Source: Nemertoderma westbladi
Taxonomy: Eukaryota; Animalia; Xenacoelomorpha
Direction of reading: 5' to 3'
DNA length: 51,372 bases
Assembly: GCA_032718475.1 (NCBI GenBank)
Contig: JAUCBJ010005046.1
Span: 1 to 51,372, forward strand
Position 1 is the stretch's first letter; every line of letters begins with the position of its first letter. The translations under genes and the position numbers were made by a program. The notes beneath the pieces are model-generated. The model searched no databases. It had not been told where the DNA came from and saw only the letters and a program-made list of their open reading frames with translations. Positions 25,601-36,315 of this stretch are shown one piece after another.

Positions 25601-28600
25601 TTGTTTATAAAGGAAGAACTTTAGAAAATAAACTGGTAAGTTTGTTTATAAAGGAAGAACTTTAGAAAATAAACTGGTAAGTTTGTTTATAAAGGAAGAA
25701 CTTTAGAAAATAAACTGGTAAGTTTGTTTATAAAGGAAGAACTTTAGAAAATAAACTGGTAAGTTTGTTTATAAAGGAAGAACTTTAGAAAATAAACTGG
25801 TAAGTATGTTTATAAAGGGAGAACTTTAGTAAATAAACTGGTAAGTTTGTTTATAAAGGAAGAAATTTAGTAAATAAACTGGTAAGTTTGTTTATTAAAG
25901 GAAGAACTTTAGTAAATAAACTGGTAAGTATGTTTATAAAGGGAGAACTTTAGAAAATAAACTGGTAAGTATGTTTATAAAGGGAGAACTTTAGTAAATA
26001 AACTGGTAAGTATGTTTATAAAGGAAGAACTTTAGTAAATAAACTGGTAAGTTTGTTTATTAAGGAATAACTTTAGTAAATAAACTGGTAAGTTTGTTTA
26101 TTAAGGAAGAACTTTAGTAAATAAACTGGTAAGTTTGTTTATTAAGGAAGAACTTTAGTAAATAAACTGGTAAGTATGTTTATAAAGGGAGAACTTTAGT
26201 AAATAAACTGGTAAGTTTGTTTATAAAGGAAGAACTTTAGAAAATAAACTGGTAAGTTTGTTTATTAAAGGAAGAACTTTAGTAAATAAACTGGTAAGTT
26301 TGTTTATAAAGGAAGAACTTTAGTAAATAAACTGGTAAGTTTGTTTATAAAGAAATAACTTTAGTAAATAAACTGGTAAGTTTGTTTGTAAAGGAAGAAC
26401 TTTAGTAAATAAACTGGTAAGTTTGTTTATAAAGGAAGAACTTTAGTAAATAAACTGGTAAGTTTGTTTATAAAGGAAGAACTTTAGTAAATAAACTGGA
26501 AGTTTGTTTATAAAGGAAGAACTTTAGTAAATAAACTGGTAGGTTTGTTTATAAAGAAATAACTTTAGTAAATAAACTGGTAAGTTTGTATATAAAGGAA
26601 TATCTTTAGTAATAAACTGGTAAGTATGTTTATAAAGGGAGAACTTTAGTAAATAAACTGGTAAGTTTGTTTATAAAGGAAGAACTTTAGTAAATAAACT
26701 GGTAAGTTTGTTTATTAAGGAAGAACTTTAGTAAATAAACTGGTATGTTTGTTTATTAAGGAAGAACTTTAGTAAATAAACTGGTAAGTATGTTTATAAA
26801 GGGAGAACTTTAGTAAATAAACTGGTAAGTTTGTTTATAAAGGAAGAACTTTAGTAAATAAACTGGTAAGTTTGTTTATAAAGGAAGAACTTTAGTAAAT
26901 AAACTGGTAAGTTTGTTTATAAAGGAAGAACTTTAGTAAATAAACTGGTAAGTTTGTTTATAAACGAAGAACTTTAGTAAATAAACTGGAAGTTTGTTTA
27001 TAAAGGAAGAACTTTAGTAAATAAACTGGTAAGTATGTTTATAAAGGGAGAACTTTAGTAAATAAACTGGTAAGTTTGTTTATAAAGGAAGAACTTTAGT
27101 AAATAAACTGGTAAGTTTGTTTATAAAGGAAGAACTTTAGTAAATAAACTGGTAAGTATGTTTATAAAGGGAGAACTTTAGTAAATAAACTGGTAAGTTT
27201 GTTTATAAAGGAAGAACTTTAGTAAATAAACTGGTAAGTTTGTTTATAAAGGAATAACTTTAGTAAATAAACTGGTAAGTTTGTTTATAAAGGGAGAACT
27301 TTAGTAAATAAACTGGTAAGTTTGTTTATAAAGGAAGAACTTTAGTAAATAAACTGGTAAGTTTGTTTATAAAGGAAGAACTTTAGTAAATAAACTGGTA
27401 AGTTTGTTTATAAACGAAGAACTTTAGTAAATAAACTGGAAGTTTGTTTATAAAGGAAGAACTTTAGTAAATAAACTGGTAAGTATGTTTATAAAGGGAG
27501 AACTTTAGTAAATAAACTGGTAAGTTTGTTTATAAAGGAAGAACTTTAGTAAATAAACTGGTAAGTTTGTTTATTAAAGGAAGAACTTTAGTAAATAAAC
27601 TGGTAAGTATGTTTATAAAGGGAGAACTTTAGAAAATAAACTGGTAAGTATGTTTATAAAGGGAGAACTTTAGTAAATAAACTGGTAAGTATGTTTATAA
27701 AGGAAGAACTTTAGTAAATAAACTGGTAAGTTTGTTTATTAAAGGAAGAACTTTAGTAAATAAACTGGTAAGTATGTTTATAAAGGGAGAACTTTAGAAA
27801 ATAAACTGGTAAGTATGTTTATAAAGGGAGAACTTTAGTAAATAAACTGGTAAGTATGTTTATAAAGGAAGAACTTTAGTAAATAAACTGGTAAGTTTGT
27901 TTATAAAGGAAGAACTTTAGTAAATAAACTGGTAAGTTTGTTTATTAAAGGAAGAACTTTAGTAAATAAACTGGTAAGTATGTTTATAAAGGGAGAACTT
28001 TAGAAAATAAACTGGTAAGTATGTTTATAAAGGGAGAACTTTAGTAAATAAACTGGTAAGTATGTTTATAAAGGAAGAACTTTAGTAAATAAACTGGTAA
28101 GTTTGTTTATTAAGGAATAACTTTAGTAAATAAACTGGTAAGTTTGTTTATTAAGGAAGAACTTTAGTAAATAAACTGGTAAGTTTGTTTATTAAGGAAG
28201 AACTTTAGTAAATAAACTGGTAAGTATGTTTATAAAGGGAGAACTTTAGTAAATAAACTGGTAAGTTTGTTTATAAAGGAAGAACTTTAGAAAATAAACT
28301 GGTAAGTTTGTTTATTAAAGGAAGAACTTTAGTAAATAAACTGGTAAGTTTGTTTATAAAGGAAGAACTTTAGTAAATAAACTGGTAAGTTTGTTTATAA
28401 AGAAATAACTTTAGTAAATAAACTGGTAAGTTTGTTTGTAAAGGAAGAACTTTAGTAAATAAACTGGTAAGTTTGTTTATAAAGGAAGAACTTTAGTAAA
28501 TAAACTGGTAAGTTTGTTTATAAAGGAAGAACTTTAGTAAATAAACTGGAAGTTTGTTTATAAAGGAAGAACTTTAGTAAATAAACTGGTAGGTTTGTTT

Positions 28601-29873
28601 ATAAAGAAATAACTTTAGTAAATAAACTGGTAAGTTTGTATATAAAGGAATATCTTTAGTAATAAACTGGTAAGTATGTTTATAAAGGGAGAACTTTAGT
28701 AAATAAACTGGTAAGTTTGTTTATAAAGGAAGAACTTTAGTAAATAAACTGGTAAGTTTGTTTATTAAGGAAGAACTTTAGTAAATAAACTGGTATGTTT
28801 GTTTATTAAGGAAGAACTTTAGTAAATAAACTGGTAAGTATGTTTATAAAGGGAGAACTTTAGTAAATAAACTGGTAAGTTTGTTTATAAAGGAAGAACT
28901 TTAGTAAATAAACTGGTAAGTTTGTTTATAAAGGAAGAACTTTAGTAAATAAACTGGTAAGTTTGTTTATAAAGGAAGAACTTTAGTAAATAAACTGGTA
29001 AGTTTGTTTATAAACGAAGAACTTTAGTAAATAAACTGGAAGTTTGTTTATAAAGGAAGAACTTTAGTAAATAAACTGGTAAGTATGTTTATAAAGGGAG
29101 AACTTTAGTAAATAAACTGGTAAGTTTGTTTATAAAGGAAGAACTTTAGTAAATAAACTGGTAAGTTTGTTTATAAAGGAAGAACTTTAGTAAATAAACT
29201 GGTAAGTATGTTTATAAAGGGAGAACTTTAGTAAATAAACTGGTAAGTTTGTTTATAAAGGAAGAACTTTAGTAAATAAACTGGTAAGTTTGTTTATAAA
29301 GGAATAACTTTAGTAAATAAACTGGTAAGTTTGTTTATAAAGGGAGAACTTTAGTAAATAAACTGGTACGTTTGTTTATAAAGGAAGAACTTTAGTAAAT
29401 AAACTGGTAAGTTTGTTTATAAAGGAAGAACTTTAGTAAATAAACTGGTAAGTTTGTTTATAAACGAAGAACTTTAGTAAATAAACTGGAAGTTTGTTTA
29501 TAAAGGAAGAACTTTAGTAAATAAACTGGTAAGTATGTTTATAAAGGGAGAACTTTAGTAAATAAACTGGTAAGTTTGTTTATAAAGGAAGAACTTTAGT
29601 AAATAAACTGGTAAGTTTGTTTATAAAGGAAGAACTTTAGTAAATAAACTGGTAAGTATGTTTATAAAGGGAGAACTTTAGTAAATAAACTGGTAAGTTT
29701 GTTTATAAAGGAAGAACTTTAGTAAATAAACTGGTAAGTTTGTTTATAAAGGAAGAACTTTAGTAAATAAACTGGTAAGTTTGTTTATAAAGGAAGAACT
29801 TTAGTAAATAAACTGGAAGTTTGTTTATAAAGGAAGAATTTTAGTAAATAAACTGGTAAGTTTGTTTATAAAG
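22609..29873 (+). repeat. 41-bp satellite (about 177 units) built from the exon-3 3' end plus its 5' splice site
   Basis: Unit TTTATAAAGGAAGAACTTTAG(T/A)AAATAAACTG|GTAAGTTTG; the first unit overlaps the coding exon. Confidence 0.97.
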
Positions 29874-29954
29874 AAAGAAGAACTACATGAACTTAAGTAA
29901 TTATACTATTTATTCTACATCGAACAGAAGTGTTTATACCTGTTTCCTTCCCAG

Positions 29955-30126
29955 GAACGCCAATCATGTGGTTCTGCTAGTGCTCCGTTTTCGACTCACA
30001 CATTCAGAGTCTACATACGATTATTATTGAGTGAAGCTTCTGCGGAATTGTCTAAAATCGTGTTCTTATATATAACCCATACAGATGAACCGTGTGACAA
30101 CCACAGTATAAGTTGCAGCACTGCAG
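29955..30126 (+). CDS. neto: Neto-like coding exon 4 (CUB2 end, start of LDLa)
   Basis: Acceptor TTCCTTCCCAG, donor G|GTTAGT, phases 0/1; ERQSCGS...VYIRLLL...LYITHTDEPCDNHSISC. Confidence 0.85.
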
Positions 30127-30523
30127 GTTAGTGTTAAAAGTAAAGCAAAAGTAGCTTAGGAAAGGAGGTTTTTCTTACACCAAAACCATCTCAAACTATA
30201 AATGAATTAACTTGTTATCTTCAAGTTAATATTTTTAATTATTGATCCTTGGTAATGATAATATGCTTATCAGTATTTGCGAAGTTAAATTTTATCATCT
30301 ATTTAAACTCTATATTTAATTCTATTTATTGTATATTTCGAAACTTTTAATTTTTGGCTAGTTTTCAGGGCCTCAGGCTACATGAGTGGCCCAATTTCTA
30401 ACCTTCTGAATTTTTTAGATTATTAATTAGGGATAGGGTTTTTTTAAACAAACTTACAACTCCAAACCAGAACGCACAAATTTTCACTGACAAATTCTCA
30501 CGATATGCTTTCTGTTTTTTCAG

Positions 30524-30652
30524 GAGTTTGTATACGCAACTCCAAGATGTGCACCCCCGATCAGCCCCACTGCATTGAGCCATTTGATTATTTAATGTGC
30601 GAACCTAAGGAAGTATCTGATTCGTATCTGGATTCCACTTCGCTTATATTCG
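30524..30652 (+). CDS. neto: Neto-like coding exon 5 (LDLa-like module and juxtamembrane)
   Basis: Acceptor TGTTTTTTCAG, donor G|GTGGGT, phases 1/1; VCIRNSKMCTPDQPHCIEPFDYLMC parallels the NETO LDLa C...C...C.YPWDE..C pattern. Confidence 0.82.
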
Positions 30653-30737
30653 GTGGGTTTTCAATAAACAGATAAATACAGAGGAAAATATTATTACTTT
30701 ATGTGTAATTATGAATTATTATTATTACATGTATTAG

Positions 30738-31194
30738 GGATAGTGCCCTACGGGAATCTGGACTGAACTGATCTGGCTTAATCCGGCTTAATAGTACAGC
30801 CAATCATAAGTACCTGCAAACCGTATAATAATGTTAACAAGTCTGTACGTTCTGATGAGTAGACTATCCTGTAGGTATATTGCAGTATTGTCTTCCTGTT
30901 ATTGAACACAACTACAGTACTGAACTACGAGCACACAACATACTGCTGAAATCCATACACATGCAGACTTGGGACTGGTAAAAGCAGTGCAGCACCACTT
31001 TTATATTGGAAGAAAGTAATCTTAATTAAATTTAGCGATGTTTTAAACGCAACTAAATTTACAATGTATAAAATGGCCATATTAACTTAAATATTAATTT
31101 TCACCTGTCTCCATGGATAGTTGTTTTTAGGTTCTCTTTCATTTGGCGTCCAGTTCGCCACAGTTTCGACCCAGTTCGTGTTAGAGTACTATCC
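30738..31194. mobile_element. Mutator-like MITE with a 9-bp TSD
   Basis: Termini GGATAGTGCCCT...AGAGTACTATCC; ATGTATTAG at 30729-30737 and 31195-31203. Confidence 0.8.
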
Positions 31195-31235
31195 ATGTAT
31201 TAGAGACTTTTTGAAATATTACTGGAAATACTGTA

Positions 31236-31730
31236 GGATAATACCCTATACGAATCTGGTTCAAACTGGTCCGCAAATAGAAGTGAATTAAATAGCCTTC
31301 ATCCATGCACCCAGGTGAAAATAAATATTGAATTAATTTCGGTATTTTTATTAATTTCAAATTGAATTGCATTTAATATGTCGCAAAATTAAGATTCTTT
31401 CCAATAACATTACACTGCTTATACCACCCATAACAGTCTACCAGAAGGTTTAGCAGGTTTAAGGATTGCATTGTTTCTCTATAGAACTACCGTCATTGTA
31501 CACAACTACTGTACACAACTACTGTACACAAAATACTGTCATCTTTACTTCTAGCAAATAAGCAATGCCGGCTGCAGTGTTATACAGTATGGGATTAGTA
31601 ATCTTAATTTAGCGACATATTAAACGCAACTAAATTTAAAATGTAGAAAAAGACCACATTAATTCAATATTTATTTTCACCTGTCTGCATGGATGGATGT
31701 TTTTATTTCTCGCTTGGCGTTCAACCCGGT
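31236..31730. mobile_element. Second, older member of the same Mutator-like family with long TIRs
   Basis: Starts GGATAATACCCT..GAATCTGG; 31295-31400 is the inverted copy of 31597-31700 and of 31016-31125. Confidence 0.6.
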
Positions 31731-31940
31731 CAACATTAGCGTGCAGGAACAGCCTTGAAGTACTCATTTTTTTAATTGAGTTGTTTAATTTCATATAATT
31801 TTAATATTTATATATTTTTCTGCAACATCTGCAGCAAGGTTCTGTTTAAAGAAATTGAAATCGAATAAGTTATTAAACATATAGTAGTAGGCCTATACTT
31901 TGTAATGAAATTAATAATATTGTGGTAATTGCGTTTGAAG

Positions 31941-32071
31941 GTTTGGGTATCACCATTGTTATATTAATAACCGGAGTAATTCTGGCTTGTAAGTGGAAAC
32001 TGGACCGGAGGAAGTCTGAGAATCAGCTGATGATGAAGAGACTCGCTATGGTTACTAGAATGCCGTCGGAG
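31941..32071 (+). CDS. neto: Neto-like coding exon 6 (transmembrane helix)
   Basis: GLGITIVILITGVILAC followed by basic KWKLDRRK; phases 1/0 fit the neighbouring exons, although both splice sites are weaker. Confidence 0.78.
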
Positions 32072-32178
32072 GTACCGGTCTATATGTTACTTGTTATAAA
32101 CTATTATTATATATCAATTGTTTTCGTTCGCTCCGAGCATTTCTTAAATGCTTTAAAGTAACTTAGGATTAAAATATT

Positions 32179-32390
32179 GGGGGGGGGGGGGGGGGGGGGG
32201 GGCAAAATCTATCCCTCTCCAGGGGAAAAATGACACGAATCATTACCCCTAAAATAAGAAATGCAACATGTTCTATTGACTTCAGTTTATTGTTTTGGTT
32301 CGAATAACGTTCCACTGTAACCTGCTCCATTCATGAGACAAGATATTAATTCGCCGAGATTTGATGTGCGTAATAAACCCCCATGTCTCA
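32179..32390 (-). mobile_element. Diverged copy of the poly-G-TIR MITE
   Basis: Poly-G, ATCCCTCTCCAGGGGAAAA...CCACTGTAACCTGCTCC...CCCCCATGTCTC, as in 19831-20086. Confidence 0.75.
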
Positions 32391-32546
32391 AATATATAGC
32401 CAATAATCATATCTACCTTCGATCTTTGAATGGTATAAGTAAATAAATACCAGAGTCATCTGGGGATTTTAGTTTCTTTGGGGGGCAGCACTGGTCAATT
32501 TTGGGCGATGAAAAGTTAACCTTCCCTGTTATACGATTATTTTTAG

Positions 32547-32807
32547 GATACAAAAAGGTTCGATCACCCGGACGATGTAGAGGGAATTACATCAATCATC
32601 CCGAACTTTAAAGCTGAACTATCGAAATCCCCATCGGCGCTGGAGATTTCTTCGGGGTTACATCACCCCTACCAAGAAGACGTGACCCAGACTCCTCCAC
32701 CCATAATACGTAGACAGAGCAGTATCCATGGTTATGTAAACCCCGGGAAACGCTTGGCCCTGGCCCAACCGGCCCATGTATTGCGGAGAAAGAGTAATGT
32801 TAATTAG
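32547..32807 (+). CDS. neto: Neto-like terminal coding exon (cytoplasmic tail)
   Basis: Acceptor TTATTTTTAG, phase 0, 86 open codons DTKRFDHPDD...LRRKSNVN then TAG, followed by an abrupt shift to AT-rich UTR-like sequence. Confidence 0.72.
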   Translation, partial: DTKRFDHPDDVEGITSIIPNFKAELSKSPSALEISSGLHHPYQEDVTQTPPPIIRRQSSIHGYVNPGKRLALAQPAHVLRRKSNVN

Positions 32808-34114
32808 GTTAAACAAAACCTTATTAAATTAACTTTTTGTTTAATTGTATAAATCTATTAATTAACAAGTAAATTATTTATTATGTAACTTAATATAATG
32901 ATTACTTTTAAATATATTTATTTTGAATAATATAATAAGGACGTAACTTAAAACAATTAATATGTACAACTTATCTTGGGATGTAATATTAAAAAACAAT
33001 GAAATAATAACTCCCTTAGATGACTTCATGATGATTATACTAAAATAACCGTTTTTAAACACCTAGTGAGTTGGAGCTTCTTTCATTTATTGACTAGATC
33101 TATGTATTATTTGTTATAAAAAAAACTATAATTTAAATAAAAACTAATATTCTATACTGGCTGTGATTAAAAATTGAATATTGGCTGCAAAAACGACTCT
33201 TTAATAGTTATGTGTAATAGTTATAAATTTAAAACGGCATCATGTCTTTACATATCTTAGCCCCCCCCCCCCCCCCCCCCCCCCTAATTCGGCTAAAAAT
33301 CTTGATGAGATCGCATGAAATTTTTAAAAAGATAAAGTTTCACCTGTGATTGCATTATTTAGAAATGCTTCCGTCAGAACGCCTTGCAACGTCCATTAAA
33401 TCAATTTAATTCTCAACGAACATTATCACAACGCCACCTTATACAAAAAACACCCCGAAGAAACAATGAAAATCATAAAGAAATGGTAGAAGGAATTCGA
33501 CTAGTGCTATATACCTATGGGGTGGGGAGGGGACACCTTTTCATGGGCTTAAGAACGTAAGTTACATTGCTCTATCCAGCCAAATTGTTTCATAGATTCA
33601 ATTTTGGCATTGGCATTTAGTTAACATCGGAGTCGCACTTGATAAACCGCCGGTTTCTTGCCAACCTTCCAATTCTCTTGGCGCCCACATTGGCGCCACT
33701 TTGGATACTAATACTAAAAGGGATGGGGGGGGGGGGGGGTGGGGGTAGTAATTACTTTATTTATCTATATTATCATGTTAAATTTGTTTCTTACAATTTT
33801 AATCAAATTTAAGAATACTTTATCTAATGATGAAAATAAAATTATAATAATTGACTTCAGGAATATTTGGGAATATTAGACCACCACAAACTGACAAACT
33901 CGAACAAATTTACCAACTTAAATATATTCAATATATAATACTATATTCATTTATATTGTTATGAATAATATAATAATAAGAAAGAATAAATAATGTATTG
34001 TTTTATATGTGTTAATGGGTATATGTGACGTCATACTATTGTGGATTATTGGAGGTATACTGAATAGTTTTACATTTTAGGAGGAATTAAAAGGATTTAA
34101 CCATCCATTCTGTT

Positions 34115-35905
34115 ATGTCTCAAACCGAATCTAAACTCACCAATAGAGATGAGAAACACTTATCTAAGGTTATAGACCAACTATTTTCTAGCAACGTGAT
34201 TGGTCGAGGGGCGGAAGCATTGGTGACGTCAGCAGAGAAAGACGATGTCACGGCGGTGGAGAAACTTCTATCTGAACGGTTGGTTGACCCGAACGAGTTA
34301 CACGGGGGGAGAGCTGCGTTACACGCGGCGTGTCTGAACGGACACGTTGGGGTGGTGCGTGCGCTGTTGGAAAACGGGGCTCATACGGAGACGTTGGACG
34401 GAGAAGGTGATACCGCGACGCACTACGCCGCTAGAGGCGACGAGGATGACGTCATCAGTATACTGCACGGACGAGGAGCGAATCTGGACGCGGTTAATTC
34501 CGCCTCTCGCTGCACTGCGCTACACATCGCCGTTAATAAAGGTAGTCTGAAGTCAGTCGGTGCGCTGCTTAAAGGTAAATGTAAAGTTAGCGAGAAGGAT
34601 AGCGATGGTAATACACCTCTCCATAAAGCAATCGCGTTACATAACAACCCTTTAGTAGATATGTTGCTTAGCAACGGAGCTGAAGTGTCTGTTACTAACA
34701 ACAACGGTTATACTGTTCTTCATGTTGCGTCGGAGTTAGGGAATGCCGAAGCAATCCGCTTGATTTTACCTAAGTTGCTCCATCAAGCGGTTGCCGCAGT
34801 AATCAATTATAAAACAAATCCTGGTTTCACAGCTTTACACTTGGTGGCGTACAATAATGACATGGAGATTGCAGAACTATTGGTGAATCAACACGGTGTT
34901 TCATTGGATGAGACTACGGGGGCGGGGCTTCGATCCACCGCTTTGCATGTAGCGGTGGACAGGGTTCACGTCCAGTTGGTTCGCCTGCTGGTTCGGGAAG
35001 GTTGTGACGTAAACAGGAAGAACGGTGTCGGCGACTCCTCGCTGCACGTCGCCTTAGCGGGGCACACACGCGCGCAACTCGCGCGACTGCGTCAAGGTGA
35101 GGATGACGATGTTTCGCGAGTGTTTACAAGTCAAGGTGGAATCTCAGCTTACCCTGATGAGAGCCACGCCAGCATCGCTTGTTTCTTAGCGCAGAATGGT
35201 GCGGATTTAAGAGTTACAAACGTTAAAAATTTAACGGCTTTAGATTCATGCCCGGATATAAATCTATGCAAAACTATAGTAAAGTGTCACAAAGGTAACA
35301 GGGAAAGTACAACATCAGTGGTAACGCAAGAAGTATCAGCATTGGAGGAGTGTATGGTATGTTCTGATCGTAAACGCAACGTGTTGTTCCGTCCTTGCAA
35401 TCACGTGACCACCTGTTCTACTTGCTCCCCTCGTGTTAAAAATTGTTTGTTATGTAAAGAAGCTGTTCTAAACAGAGACATTATTAAAGAATGCTTAGTA
35501 TGCAGCACTAGGGAAGCGAGCGTCTTATTGAAACCTTGTAACCACATGGTAACGTGTCAGAGCTGTTCCAAACTCCTCACTAAATGTATCGTTTGTAGGA
35601 CGGATGTGGAGAAAGTGGTGCCAATTTCGGTTTGTTACGGAGGAGTTGATGACACGCCGGGGGTTACCGGTGGAGGGAAGTCGTCTGAACGGGACGATGT
35701 GGGGGCCACTGAAGAGGAAGTTACGGATCTTAAGAAGCAGTTAGGGGATCTAAAGGCGTTGACATTGTGTCCTGTATGTCGGGATAATGTGAAGAATGTT
35801 GTATTCGGGTGTGGACACGGTGCGTGCAACAGCTGTAGTGAAAAGATACAGGACGAGTGTCCTATATGTCGTATCAAGGTGGACGTACGGATTTCAATGT
35901 ATTAA
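34115..35905 (+). CDS. mib1: Mind bomb 1-like E3 ubiquitin ligase, N-terminally truncated (ankyrin repeats, RING1-RING2, coiled coil, RING3), intronless
   Basis: Colinear with the C-terminal ~600 aa of MIB1 from memory: LHIAVNKG, TNNNGY, ASIACFLAQNGADL, LDSCPDINLCKTIVKCHK, LEECMVCSD, CSPRVKNCLLCKE, CPVCRDNVKNVVFGCGHG...CPICR. Confidence 0.9.
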   Translation: MSQTESKLTNRDEKHLSKVIDQLFSSNVIGRGAEALVTSAEKDDVTAVEKLLSERLVDPNELHGGRAALHAACLNGHVGVVRALLENGAHTETLDGEGDTATHYAARGDEDDVISILHGRGANLDAVNSASRCTALHIAVNKGSLKSVGALLKGKCKVSEKDSDGNTPLHKAIALHNNPLVDMLLSNGAEVSVTNNNGYTVLHVASELGNAEAIRLILPKLLHQAVAAVINYKTNPGFTALHLVAYNNDMEIAELLVNQHGVSLDETTGAGLRSTALHVAVDRVHVQLVRLLVREGCDVNRKNGVGDSSLHVALAGHTRAQLARLRQGEDDDVSRVFTSQGGISAYPDESHASIACFLAQNGADLRVTNVKNLTALDSCPDINLCKTIVKCHKGNRESTTSVVTQEVSALEECMVCSDRKRNVLFRPCNHVTTCSTCSPRVKNCLLCKEAVLNRDIIKECLVCSTREASVLLKPCNHMVTCQSCSKLLTKCIVCRTDVEKVVPISVCYGGVDDTPGVTGGGKSSERDDVGATEEEVTDLKKQLGDLKALTLCPVCRDNVKNVVFGCGHGACNSCSEKIQDECPICRIKVDVRISMY

Positions 35906-36315
35906 AGGGGCAGACCTAGTCTGAAAATTATATGCCACTAGCACAGATCATTCAGTAAGGATAGTAAATATGTGGGAAATATATACTGTAATATGTGAAT
36001 AAATAATATGTGTAAATATATGCGAATAATTTCTACTGTACAATAATTCATAATATTTGAGATATTTAGTGTTTAGTTTAATGTGTTGCTAAGTTCTAGT
36101 GAGTATATATTACGATTGGTACTTTTTTATTTCAACTCCTCCAACCCGACCTGCGTTTCTCTTCCCGTGATGAAGGTCAAGTATATAGTTGATTAACGCT
36201 GTCACGTTGAATTCACCCTGTTATTAGTTAGAACTCGGGGCAAGTGCATTGTGGCATATCCGTCCCGGTTAATATTTTGATGTGAAATATCCTTTTATTT
36301 GTTACATTATTTCAA

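Noticed and set aside
14711-29873. Possible CRISPR arrays
   Set aside because: Head-to-tail repeats without unique spacers, no cas genes, eukaryotic intronic context
22641-29873. Each unit read as a 30-nt GT...AG micro-intron plus an 11-nt micro-exon
   Set aside because: 30 nt is below typical spliceosomal intron size, there is no branch point or pyrimidine tract, and 11-nt exons would shift frame
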